Shown here: piece by piece, positions 23,638 through 35,696 of the stretch
How the letters are laid out: each line of letters begins with the position of its first letter
How positions within the stretch are numbered: the stretch's first letter is position 1
Source: Octopus sinensis
Lineage: Eukaryota
Assembly: GCF_006345805.1 (NCBI RefSeq)
Contig: NC_042997.1
Coordinates: 31,806,001 to 31,870,000 of the forward strand
DNA: 64,000 bases
Reading direction: 5' to 3'
Notes under the pieces: model-generated
Databases searched by the model: none
Told to the model about the DNA's origin: nothing
Seen by the model: the letters and a program-made list of their open reading frames with translations, nothing else
Made by a program: the position numbers and the translations under genes

Positions 23638-24800
23638 ACTGATTTCAAATACTGGCATACGTGTCGTAAATTTGGAGAGGCGAGGCTTTGTCAATCAGAC
23701 TACATCATTGCTTATTTGGTACTGAAATAATTCAAACCCAGAGGGAGAAAAATTAGAGCGAACTCTGTAAAGATTTGAACAAAGAACGAAGAGGGAAATG
23801 AATTCATGTACATTACAATGTTTAATCTGGCGTCTTACGCCTATGACATTCTGCTATTATCAATTGATTTTAAATATCGCATTTGGGATGAATAATTCGA
23901 TAAATATTTAGGCCTTTATCCTCATCACACATACAGGGCATTCAGCTGTTTAAAATTAAGTCTTAATAAATTAGGCGCTCTTTGATAAGCAAGTAAAACA
24001 TGAACCAGACCGTTATCTTATTAATTGCAATTGTAGATTATAATGAGTGACTTTATATCGCCACATGTAAGTATGTATATGTGTATGAATGTACGTATGC
24101 TTATGCATCCATATACATACACATACACACACGCATATACACATACACATACACACACACCTACAGTAATGTATTTACGGATATACGTATCTTCGGATGT
24201 ATGACTGCATATAGCATATATGTAATCATATACATATGTTTGAATGTATGCACATGTATATATGTGGGTATTTGCGCATGTACGAATGTGTGTCGATGTG
24301 ACATGCATATACAAATGATTATACTCTTCTCAAGGGACATATGTGTTTCATATTTCACACTATAACATAGTGTCCTGTGAACAGAGACATACATTTGTAC
24401 GTGGGTGTGCGCGTGTGTACGAGTATGTATATACATATACACAGATATAAATATATGTATATGTATATATATTTACATACATATATCTATATATACGTTG
24501 AGAGGTATATTTATATTCTTCATACATATTATACATGTGAATACTTTTGCATGTGTGTCAATATATTCAAGAAAATATTTCATATGCTTATATGTTTTTG
24601 TGCACATAATACTGATTTCACCAACTGGACCGTGCTGAAGCTGGAGTATCGCTTCTATATAGGTATGTCTATATATGTGTATCTGTGTGTATGTGTGTAT
24701 ACAAATATGCTTATACACATACGTATATATTTGTGTGTATTCATGTTCTTGATATATACATACATATATACATACACACATATATATATGTATGTATATG

Positions 24801-24900
24801 NNNNNNNNNNNNNNNNNNNNNNNNNNNNNNNNNNNNNNNNNNNNNNNNNNNNNNNNNNNNNNNNNNNNNNNNNNNNNNNNNNNNNNNNNNNNNNNNNNNN
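24801..24900. other. Assembly gap (100 N)
   Basis: Run of N. Confidence 1.
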
Positions 24901-25520
24901 AACATGGAGGGCTGGAAACTGCCTGAATACTAGAAAAGACTTACCTGTATCATGATGATTGTGCCGGGTATCAAACTGCCGACATCATGACTGTTGCTCT
25001 GTGCTCTCTAAGCACTGTACAGACTGTAAGACGTAATGTGTATATCACGTAAACCAAATTGTGTATGTCTCCGGTGAGGGTGACGTCATGTCGCCCTATA
25101 TCTTTGAACAAAGCTTTAGACTCAATTCAGATGGATATGTTATGCTGCTGGGGACTGTGGTCAATCTCTGGCTGAAAAGGATTGCTTGCTGGTAGTTCAT
25201 GTGTGTAGCGGCAGGATTTGGCTCCTTGCCATACCTCCGGAAAGAGTCAGAAGTGGTTGTCGGAAAATTTCATCAGCCACAATTTCTGGGCTCCTAATTA
25301 CCCCGAATGCAATATCAAGGATTAGTATATGTGAGGCATGCTTGAGAAAGACGCCAATTACTCTGCTTTACAACATTAATGACGATCTGTCGGCCAACAT
25401 TAAGGAGGTATTCGAAGATTTTCTCAAGAATACAGTGAGAAACACGTGCACTAGGTTCCGCAGCCGTCTTGAAGCCGCAGTGGAATCTGAAGGAGGCTAC
25501 TTTGAGAAAACTGTTATCTC
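24901..25520 (+). mobile_element. Decayed, internally deleted Tc1/mariner transposon (DD37D/maT-like)
   Basis: Degenerate QDLAPCHTSGKSQKWLSENF...WAPNYPECN and C-terminal KEVFEDFLKNTVRNTCTRFRSRLEAAVESEGGYFE. Confidence 0.8.
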
Positions 25521-25777
25521 CCAGCCATAACTTACTCTCTCTTTACTCTTTTACTTGTTTCAGTCATTTGACTGCGGCCATGCTGAAGCACCGCCTTTAG
25601 TCGAGCAACTCGACCCCGGGACTTATTCTTAGTTGATATTTTTGATTTTTTTCTTTTAATAAAGTCCTTTTTGAATGGGATATTGTGTTTTTGTTGTCTT
25701 TTATGCAAACGATCAAATTTAGCATGCATACCCTGAGTATATACTTATATATGTCTGCATGTATGTGTTGTGCGTGT

Positions 25778-25827
<50 letters not shown>

Positions 25828-26036
25828 TATATTATATTATATATATTATGTATATTTATATACATATATACATATACACACATCTCCATCACGTAAGTCT
25901 GTCAGCTCTTCTTATAAAGTCACTTTACCTAACGGACAATATGCTTAAACACATATACACACATGCATAATTGTACATGCGTTTATAAAATTATGCGTAT
26001 ATATAAATATATATGTGTGTGTGAGTGTACATACAT

Positions 26037-26141
<105 letters not shown>

Positions 26142-26148
26142 AGATAGC

Positions 26149-26205
<57 letters not shown>

Positions 26206-26851
26206 CGATATATAGATAGATAGATAGATACACACATAATATTTATATGTATGTATCTATATATATATACATGTATATATATATTTACTAACATATGTCC
26301 ATACATTTATACATCCGTACAATACATGTGTGTGTGTTTATGTGTGTGTGTGTATTTATGTGTGTGTGTATTTATGTGTGTGTGTGTTGTGTGAATGCAC
26401 GTATGTAAATTTATGAACTCCTTCGGCGGTTTTCGTTTTCTTATTCAGTTTTGTTCCCGTTCACTTTCAATCTAACCTTGACATTTCCCTTTTCCTTATT
26501 TTCCTTCTCTCTCTCTCTCTCTCTCTTTCTCTCCCTCCTACTTTCTCCCTTTCTCTTTCTCACTTCTTCTTCTTTCTTACTTTATCTTCTCCATCACCAT
26601 CAATTCCCTTTCTCCCCACTGCCCCCCAGCCAACAAATTCCCATTCTCCGTCTTCACCTATTCTCTTTCAATGCAGATATCAATGCATTCTTCCTCTTTT
26701 CTTCCTGATGAGATTCCGCCCACCTCGCTCCAATCTCGTTATCTTACATGGTTCGATATATGGCTGTTCTTTGCCTTGGAAATATGGCATCAACGTTATT
26801 AGAAATTCGTTTGACATTGAAAACCTGATCAGGTCATTTGTTTCAGTTCAC

Positions 26852-27035
26852 CTGCCCGAGTAATTGTCCCGAGTTGTCCTGAACTGCTAGCTCGTGACGG
26901 GTCTGACCCCTGCCGGTCACTTCTGACGTTAACAGCACTTGCATAAATTCGTCTAACAGCAACACATTGGCATAATCATTATTCAAATTGAAGCTTTGGA
27001 TAATTGCAATTTTACGGGTGATGCAGAATGTCGAG
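26852..27035 (-). CDS. Candidate isolated protein-coding exon (unidentified)
   Basis: 184-nt open frame STFCITRKIAIIQSFNLNNDYANVLLLDEFMQVLLTSEVTGRGQTRHELAVQDNSGQLLGQ between an AG acceptor (27037-27036) and a CAG/GTGAAC donor; unique, non-repetitive sequence. No homology recognised. Confidence 0.25.
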
Positions 27036-27551
27036 CTGGTCATGATTGCAGGATGGGGGAAATAAAGGCCTTTTCATTACGAAACAGTGGCTGTAAATTA
27101 GAAGATGAATAAGTGAAAAATCGCTATCTTTCAACCCAGCGTTTCGACTTAAGAAAAGCCGTTTTGCATAATGGTAAGGAATGTCATCTGCATCAATCAA
27201 TCATGGCTTTATTGCTGGCAAAGACGAAACTCCTCTTACATCGCCGTGTTTAAAAGGTAGTGGTGTCGTGAGTGGGTAACATATATCTCCACCGTTGGTA
27301 TATAAGTGTGTATTAGATGAATAAACGTAAAGAAATACGCTATTATACAACACTTAAAGACAGTAGTAATACGGCAACATACAACGATAAAACTGTGGAA
27401 GAGTATTGTGGCAGGGAAGGAGAGGAGAAGCGGGGGATGTACTTATGTGTTCTTCGGTGTGTTTCCACGCTCATGCATGCATACATACACTCATACATAA
27501 ATATGCACACACACACACATATATATATATATAGAGAGAGATGCTTATATA

Positions 27552-27647
<96 letters not shown>

Positions 27648-27662
27648 ATATATATATATATG

Positions 27663-27694
<32 letters not shown>

Positions 27695-27837
27695 TATATT
27701 ATATATTAAATAAATATATAAGGACACAGGGAAAAAATGTGTCGAAGCCATCAGGAAGCGTCGATGCTTCCTAGGGCTAAACAGCGGTGGGTAATCCCCT
27801 ACTGTCACGTTAAATCGACAGTATACAACCATTAATA

Positions 27838-27912
<75 letters not shown>

Positions 27913-28204
27913 ATGTATGTATACATCTGCATATATATATATGTTGTGTGTGTGTGTCTGCTTCCGATATTTAATATCCCTTCATCGGAGATGGTGTGGC
28001 AAATGGTTAAGAATATTATTCTAGATAAGATATGAAATAGAGGGTGAAGTGGAGGATTGAAACAGACGTGAGATATGCAGGGATATTGTATCTTCAGTTC
28101 CATTATTTAGGCAGAATGGTATCTATATAAGATTCCAGTACCTTGTGAGTAAGTTACCATAGTATTTAAAATTGGTCGTTCCAAGCATAGAGTTTGTGAA
28201 CGGT

Positions 28205-28259
<55 letters not shown>

Positions 28260-28745
28260 TCATTATTCATATATACTACGTACATATGCATATGTATATG
28301 CAACACATACATACTATATATAACACATAGACAGACCATACATACGTACATACATACATACATACATACATACATAATACATAATAGGTATGTACATGGC
28401 AGGTAGACAGCTAGATATCTAGGTAGATAGATAGATAGATAGATAACTTCTTTTATTAGCCACACAGGGCTGAATACAGAGGGGACAAATACAAATGCAG
28501 AGCTTTTCTTTTCGAGGGTGGAAAAAAAGAAAATAAATGTAAGATTGCGATCAAAAGGGATCGAGAGGAGGAAAAAAAAAGGAAAAAAAGGAATCGTGTA
28601 TCACAGAAATAATGATATAAACATTGATATAACAAGATTGGGTTCATCCGTGGAAGAAAAGCCTACAGAAAAGACCACGGGAACCCCAGTCAGGGAGGAA
28701 ATAACCACATGAGATCAAAATGCTCTCTTTCTTTCTTTTTACGAT

Positions 28746-31700
28746 CTATAGGATCATGCTCAAAATGGTTTCGTTACTAGCACGCATCATCTTGCAACAT
28801 TCACCCATCTTTTTTTGAATCTTTCGCGAGACAAAACTTCCCTCTCCATTCTCACCTTCCTTTTCAAGTGGTACTTGAAAAAGTTGATGAGCGATTGGCC
28901 AGAGAGGTAAGTGTTTGTCTCTAATCCTTTCGCTCGAGTCCACCACACACATTCTTTCACCATGGCCACCAGTACGATGAAAACTGCCTTGCCTTCCCGG
29001 TTGAGGGGGGGGGCGGAGCAATTCTCACGATAGACTCGGCCGATAGGCGGATTCGTCCCACACGTGACAGCAGCCGTTCGGCATAAGCCCACAGGTCGGA
29101 AATGGTTGGACATTGCACGAGTGCGTGCAGAACGGTTTCGTCGCTCTGACCGCATCTCGGGCAAGTCGGTCCAGTGTGTCTGGAACCGTGTCTGTAGAGC
29201 TTATCCCGAACAGGTAATGCTTCTCGATAGCACTGCCAGGCCAGGGATCTTTGGTGATTGTTCATAGGTCCCGCCCGAAAGTTGTCCTGAAAGGCGGGTC
29301 AGGTGTTCCTCGTCGACGCCCAGACTCTGCCCGAGTTCGTCGTCGCACCTCCCCTCCACTAATCCTCTATAGAATGCCTTTGTTGTGATGGAGTCGCACA
29401 AGTTCGATGCCGGACGGCAGAGTTGCTTGAGAGCAACGCGACACTCGCGGTGCCATTCGCCTAGCCTCGGTCTCTGCTTGATCCATGACTGCAGTTCGTC
29501 CAAGGAGACGAGCTGCGGGAAAGCGCGCCGCACAAAAGGCGACCACACCTGTTCACCGTTGTCTATGAAGCGCCGGAGATGTCGCAGTCTCAGCGCATGT
29601 CTGCGCATCATCAACCACGGCATGCCCAGCCCTCCATTTAGCGGGTGTTGGCAGCAAATGGATCGCCTAACCATCGGAACGTTTCCCTTCCACAAGAAGC
29701 GAAGAGTATGCGTTCCAGTTTGGTGATGGTAGGGTCGGGACAAGGCACGACGGTCAGACGATACTCGATGACGGATGCGATGTACGCGTTCGCCACCTCC
29801 GCCCGACCTTTTAGGGATAGCTTTCTCTCAGCCCATTTCTGGTGAGAGTAGCCACCCTAGTCGTTATCTCGCCCCAGTTCTTCTCCATTTGGAGGTCCGG
29901 ACCGAACCAGACCCCGAGCAATTTAACCGGTCCGTCCGTCCATCGTCCCACGATGGAGACGCTGTTGGACGGCATGGGCTTGCTTCTCCAGGTGCCGAGC
30001 CGCAAGCCCACTGACTTTTCCCGGTTAATTTTTGCTCCGGTTACCGCTTCGTATTCTTTTAGTGTCTCGCTGACCAGCTCGATGTGCTCGTAGCTCGACA
30101 CTATGACGGTGACGTCATCCGCGTATGCAGACACGCTCCTCCCGCATCCCAGTTCTCGTGGGATGCCCCTCAGCGTCGCCAGTTTCCGCAGTAGTGGCTC
30201 AAGAGTCAGTACATACAGCAGCGATGAGAGGGGGCATCCCTGACGAACCGAACGCATGATGTTAAAAGGTCTGGATAGATGACCATTTACGCGAACTACT
30301 GAGCGGATGCCGCTGTATAAGGCAGCGATCCAACCGCGGAAAACTGGACCGAAACCAGCCGCTTTAAGGACAGCCTCCAAGTAGTGATGGTCTACCCTAT
30401 CGAAGGCTTTTGATTGATCCAAATTGATCAGCGCCCCACCCATGCCAGGATTTTAACTACCCTGTCTATGATGTAGCGCATCAGATGGAGGTTGTCATGA
30501 ATACTTCTACCCGCACGGCGCATGTTTGCGCCTTGTCGATTAGTTTCTTGATGACAAGCCCAACCTCTCGGCTAACACCTTGGCCAAAATTTTCAAATCT
30601 GCGTTGAGCAGAATGATGGGCCTGAATTATCTATGACGTCCCCCTTGTTTGGGTCTTTCTTGATCAGTGCCACTGCTCCTCGCTTTACAAAAGCAGGAAT
30701 ACTCCCGTTCTGCTGCCAGTTGCAGTAGACAGCTGCCAAGACGCCTCCAAACAAGTCTGGTATATGAAAATAAAGTTCGTAGGGCAGACCATCCAAGCCT
30801 GGTGACTTGTCTCTCGCGCAGCCTACCATCGCATCCTGTACGTCCGCAGCTGTGATAGGCTTTTCACAAGACTCCACCTCTCTTGCTGAGAGTCGTGGCA
30901 AGGCATGCAGGTAGGCACTAAAGTCCACTCTGCGTTCTGACTCACCACTTGTCCCAAACAGTTGGGTGAAGTGTTGTTGAAAAGCCCCACACATCCTTTT
31001 AGGCTCGAGCAATTCGCGCCCTGTTCATCTATAAGAGACTTGATGGTGGCTCTGTTGCCTCGTTGCGTCTCCACCACTCGGCCTCTTGGGCGGCTCCAAC
31101 TCCTTCGTTCCTCAGAGCACGCATCCTAGCTCTGACAACGCATCCCTCGTGTTTGGCGTTGAGGTGTTGGTCGAGGGCCAATCTCGCCGCCAGCACGTTG
31201 GACGCGATGCCAGTTCTAAGTGCCTCTTCTAAAACCTTAACTAATTCTCCCTCTATTCTATTTCGGTCTAATGCTAGGGCTCTACTGTATCTGACTGATT
31301 CTGCTTTAATTGCTTTTTTTAGGGCATACCACCATCTGTTGTTGATGATGGTACCCGTCAAAGCTCTCTTAACTAATGTGCTGATCCGGTCCCTGTAAAC
31401 CTGTCGTGCTGTAAAAGACGCGTTCAGTTTCCAGTAACCAGGACCCTGCCTATGTGTCTTATCTAAGTCAAGTGTACAAGTCACAACTTGTGATCTGTGT
31501 AACTGACTATATGAAATTGTGGACAACCTACACTATTTTTATCTATTGTCCTACAGAATACTCTATCTAAGTATGATCTGGACGACCCGATGCGGTTACT
31601 CCATGTCCACATTGGCACATTCGGGTGGTCCAATCGGTACCTGTCAGACAGTTGGAACGTCTGAGCAGGTCTTTGGGCATTTGCATCCCCTTCTATTGCT

Positions 31701-32168
31701 ATCTCTGCCCACGTAGTCTAGATGCGTGTCCAGGGTGGCATTCCAATCCCCCACTAAAAGTAAAGGACGAGACGTTCCCATGAAAGACTCTAGACGTCGA
31801 AAGAAATCTGGTCGGCCTGTTAAGGACGGAGCATAAACTGCTATCAGTCGAAAAGCACACTCATTGCTGCCATCGACATCCAAAACGACCAGCCTACCCT
31901 CCAGGTCTGGGAAATTTGCTCTTACTTTGAGATCCAGACTCTTCCGGATAAGCACCGCGGTGCCACCTCCGCCCATTCTCGGTAGACACGGAGAAAAATA
32001 AATGTTGAAATGTGTACCGAAAATGTGCTGAAGTGCCCGCAAGCTGTGGAGTCTGGTCTCACTGATGGCTATGATATTCAGATTTAGTGATTTGATGTCA
32101 TTTAACAGGTAGCCTTGTTTCCAAGGCGACCCCAAACCACGTACATTTATACTGCCTATTCTGAGCAT
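28746..32168 (-). pseudogene. Tx1 ORF2 (APE endonuclease + RT + CCHC), broken by many frameshifts
   Basis: MLRIGSINVRGL, AISETRL, LLVGDWNA, KSPGLDGLP, LDQSKAFDRVDH, VRQGCPLSSLLY, SAYADDVT and CPRCGQSDETVLHALVQC are spread over successive frames. Confidence 0.92.
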
Positions 32169-32232
32169 GTTCCGATAAAATTGTGTTTTACACACGAAAA
32201 GAAAGTGCAAAAAAGGAAGAGAGAGAGAAAGG

Positions 32233-33990
32233 TTACTTGTTTTTCGAAAGTTCTTTGTCTTTCACCTCACAGTCTTCTTCTATGAGGCTTTTGTACAGTT
32301 TTTTCGATGAATACTTTTGAAATCTCCCTACTGCATCAGGGTAAAGAGATTTCAGGGTGCCGTATGTGTTCTGTGTTACGTGTATTATTTTAATGTGTTG
32401 TGGTGGTGTTGTGTGTGGGTGGTTACTTGTTTTTATGTCGTTTTCAGTTATATTGGTGTTTGACCTAATGTGTTCCATTAGGTCGTGGTTGTTTGTGTTT
32501 ATGGCTGTCAACATTGTTGGGGGGTTTGATGATGGTGTGTTTGTGTTGATGTGTTTGTTTTCTGTGGATGTTTTTGTGTCGGGAGTGGTGTATCTTCCTG
32601 CTTTATTTGTTATTTTTTCTTTTCTTTTTTTTCCCCTTTTTCTTCTCCCCCCTGTGGCTATTTGCCAATCTTCCGTGTCTTCTTCGTCTAATGACAAATC
32701 AGACGAATCAGAGCCTGGAAGAGGGAAAATATTGGGGTCTATTGTCGACTGTGTTGATTTTGTTGTTGGTGTTGGTTGGTGAGCGTTTGGTTGTGGTGTA
32801 TGCGGTTTTGGAGATGGGGTTTGGGTATTTTGTGTTTGAGTGATTGTAGGTATTGTTGTGTTGTTTGGGGTCTCAATTTTGTGGGGATTTGGAGTTGTAA
32901 TTGTTTCTTCATTTTTGCTGAGTGTCTTTTTGGCAGATGTCCTTGGTTTGGGAGCTGGTGTATTCTTGGTTGTTGTTGTTGGTGATGCTGCTTCTGTTCC
33001 TGGTGCTGCAGTTGGTGTGGTTGTTTGGTTGGTGAGGTTTGTTCCTGCAAAACGTGGTGTGGGTAGTAAACCTTGTTTATTTGTTTTTGTTTCCGGCTGC
33101 TGTTGTTGTTGCTGTTGTTTTCTTGCGGCAGATTTGCAGTCTTTTTTTAGGTGTTGCTCACTGCCGCATATGTAGCAACGTGGTCTTCTGCCATCGACGA
33201 CCACATATAACTTGTGGTCGTCTGATACACATATCTGGGTGGGTATTTTTTTTATATCTTCATGATGTATATGTAGAAGAAATTCTACTTTTTTTCCCAC
33301 CCAGTTTTTATGCTCTGTGACCGTGGTCTCCAAAATAGTAAAATTCGTCATTTTTACGCATAAGGCCTTTACAAGCCATAGATTATTGGCTATTTTGGGG
33401 ACATTGTTTAAAGTGATCTTAGTCACTTTCTGTCCCCGATAGCTTGGTGTAAGTTGGAGTTCATCTGAGTGAAGAGTTAGCGTTGAGAAACGTCTAGCCA
33501 ACTCTTCGGTGTGGAAAACAACTTGTATGTGGGCAAATTTGTTCCACCAGGTCACATAGTCTTTGTGATTCCAGATGGGTTTCAAGCACTTCTCTATTTT
33601 GCTTGTGTTAGCCTTCTCTGGGCTTTTTGTTTTCTTGTTAACTATTTTATAAATAATTGTTCTTCTTTTTTCATCTTCCAAAATGTCTTCTGGTATGTTT
33701 ATCTTCACTATACCATCTAATTCTGTTATTGTAATGTTCGTGTCCTGTATTTGTTGAGCCGTAAAATATATTGTTGTTTTTTTTTCTTTAATCGCCTCAG
33801 CGAAATTTGTTGTTGTTTTGTTATTGTTGTTGCTGGTGGTGATGTTGTTGTTGGCTGCAGTTTGTAAAATTGGTGTGTTTGGTTCGATTGTGCAAGTAGG
33901 AAGGGGTGGAAAATTATTTTCATAATTTATCCCTGTACTCAAGCAGCTTTTGTCAATTTGTTTGGTGGCTACAGATTTTTGTTTATTCAC
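32233..33990 (-). CDS. Tx1 ORF1 (gag-like, CCHC zinc knuckle)
   Basis: 585-aa open frame with CYICGSEQHLKKDC and a Thr/Pro-rich C-terminal half. GTG start; probably joined to the upstream 147-aa ORF. Confidence 0.85.
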   Translation of the reverse strand: MNKQKSVATKQIDKSCLSTGINYENNFPPLPTCTIEPNTPILQTAANNNITTSNNNNKTTTNFAEAIKEKKTTIYFTAQQIQDTNITITELDGIVKINIPEDILEDEKRRTIIYKIVNKKTKSPEKANTSKIEKCLKPIWNHKDYVTWWNKFAHIQVVFHTEELARRFSTLTLHSDELQLTPSYRGQKVTKITLNNVPKIANNLWLVKALCVKMTNFTILETTVTEHKNWVGKKVEFLLHIHHEDIKKIPTQICVSDDHKLYVVVDGRRPRCYICGSEQHLKKDCKSAARKQQQQQQQPETKTNKQGLLPTPRFAGTNLTNQTTTPTAAPGTEAASPTTTTKNTPAPKPRTSAKKTLSKNEETITTPNPHKIETPNNTTIPTITQTQNTQTPSPKPHTPQPNAHQPTPTTKSTQSTIDPNIFPLPGSDSSDLSLDEEDTEDWQIATGGRRKRGKKRKEKITNKAGRYTTPDTKTSTENKHINTNTPSSNPPTMLTAINTNNHDLMEHIRSNTNITENDIKTSNHPHTTPPQHIKIIHVTQNTYGTLKSLYPDAVGRFQKYSSKKLYKSLIEEDCEVKDKELSKNK

Positions 33991-34430
33991 TTCAGTTTTT
34001 GTTTGTTGGAGTAAAACAGGTCTGAACGGAATTGTTGTTGTGTTATTGTTGTTTTTTTTGTTGAGGTGGTGTCAGTGGCAGAAGAGGCAGCCGAGGCAGC
34101 AGATGTCGAAATGGTGGCGCAATTTTTATTTTTGCTGTCATTGTTATTGTTGTTGCTGTTGGTAGTTGAGGTAGTGGATGAGGTGGCGGCGGTGGTGGTG
34201 GTGGTGGTGAAGGCGGTGGTAGTAACAGTAGAAGTCTCTATGTTGTTCTTGCTAGTGGCGGTGTTGGTGACAATGCTGTTACTACACGTAGTAGTAGCGT
34301 TCAATGTACATTCATTCATAATTTTACTTCGGGCGCAAAATTCTTTTTTTTCTACTAGCGTTTCCAGTCTAGGAGAAATTTGGTCGATAGAGGAACGCGA
34401 CCATCGTTCCACGATAAAATTTCTAGACAT
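33987..34430 (-). CDS. Upstream ORF or N-terminal part of Tx1 ORF1
   Basis: ATG at 34430, 147 aa, Thr/Asn-rich; its TGA overlaps the ORF1 GTG (GTGA). Confidence 0.55.
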   Translation of the reverse strand: MSRNFIVERWSRSSIDQISPRLETLVEKKEFCARSKIMNECTLNATTTCSNSIVTNTATSKNNIETSTVTTTAFTTTTTTAATSSTTSTTNSNNNNNDSKNKNCATISTSAASAASSATDTTSTKKTTITQQQFRSDLFYSNKQKLK

Positions 34431-34634
34431 TTTCTAATGTCGAGAATAAAATTACAGAAATGAAATGGGGTCGAAACTGCCCCTAGGGGCGAATTCCTCC
34501 CTTGGAAAAGCACTCAAACGAAAGTTGGGTGCCTTACACAACTTATTCACAAAAATGTACAGAAAAATTGGGCTATAAATAGTCAAAATAAAGAATTACC
34601 TTCGGAGTCGATGAGACAGCACATCCATAGACAG

Positions 34635-34768
<134 letters not shown>

Positions 34769-35421
34769 ATATTCCAATGTCACTTTTGGTCAACGAAAGA
34801 AGCAAAGTATATTCAATGCATGTTGTCTTAACTGAATACCGTTCCCTGCGACTCGAGTTTCGTGCTCCTGTGGTTTTCAGGAAAGAACTCTCTTCTTTCG
34901 ATATTCGGGTTGGTTATATATAATTTTGAATAGTTTCACTCCTTTGCTTAGACTAGTGTTTTCATTGACAGGTTTTACGTATTGTTTTATTATGACATTG
35001 TGAATGATTGTCGTCGTTTCATTTGCCAAATTGTCGATTGTTATTTTTTGTTTTGTTTTTTGTCAGCGTCACTCTTGTTTATCTGAAAATCATTTCCTTT
35101 CTTCATATCTTAATCTATAATTTTTTTCTGAAATTCTTTACTAATCTATTATTTGCCATTCATCAAATTAGTAATCGTTCTGTCACTCCTTTTCTTGCGT
35201 GGTCGCGAGCTGTTTTGATAATCTGTTTCACGCTATTTTGTCAACTTCATAAATTGCTTTACTTTATATCTAAAGTCGCTAAAAATGTTTGAATATGCGT
35301 ACTCTTTTCCAAAATAGTCGGCTGTCATATTACGAGCAAAAAGAAACCTTGTACAGTTTCCCTCGTTGTCTCGTATGCATGTTTGAGCATGTATTCGTGT
35401 GTTTAAATATACATATGCATG

Positions 35422-35453
<32 letters not shown>

Positions 35454-35460
35454 TGTATGT

Positions 35461-35502
<42 letters not shown>

Positions 35503-35593
35503 TTCTATTTTTCCTTTAGTTGAGTAAAAAGAAATAAGCGCAGATGGGGAGTTAAAAGCTTGCTTCTAAACCCTGTGGTCTTGTGTGTGCGTA

Positions 35594-35696
<103 letters not shown>

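Larger units (their letters stand above)
28446..34630 (-). mobile_element. Near full-length Tx1/L1-clade LINE (about 6.2 kb) between (ATCT)n tracts
   Basis: 5' UTR, ORF1 with a zinc knuckle, ORF2 with APE, RT and CCHC, then a 3' UTR with AATAAA. (GATA)n lies at 28424-28445 and 34635-34766. Confidence 0.92.

Noticed and set aside
26700-26740. CTGATGA followed by a gatt/aatc stem
   Set aside because: No GAAA and no stem I.
34940-35300. Possible Tc1 N-terminal remnant (minus strand RPRK..DRTI)
   Set aside because: Too degenerate and no TIR found.
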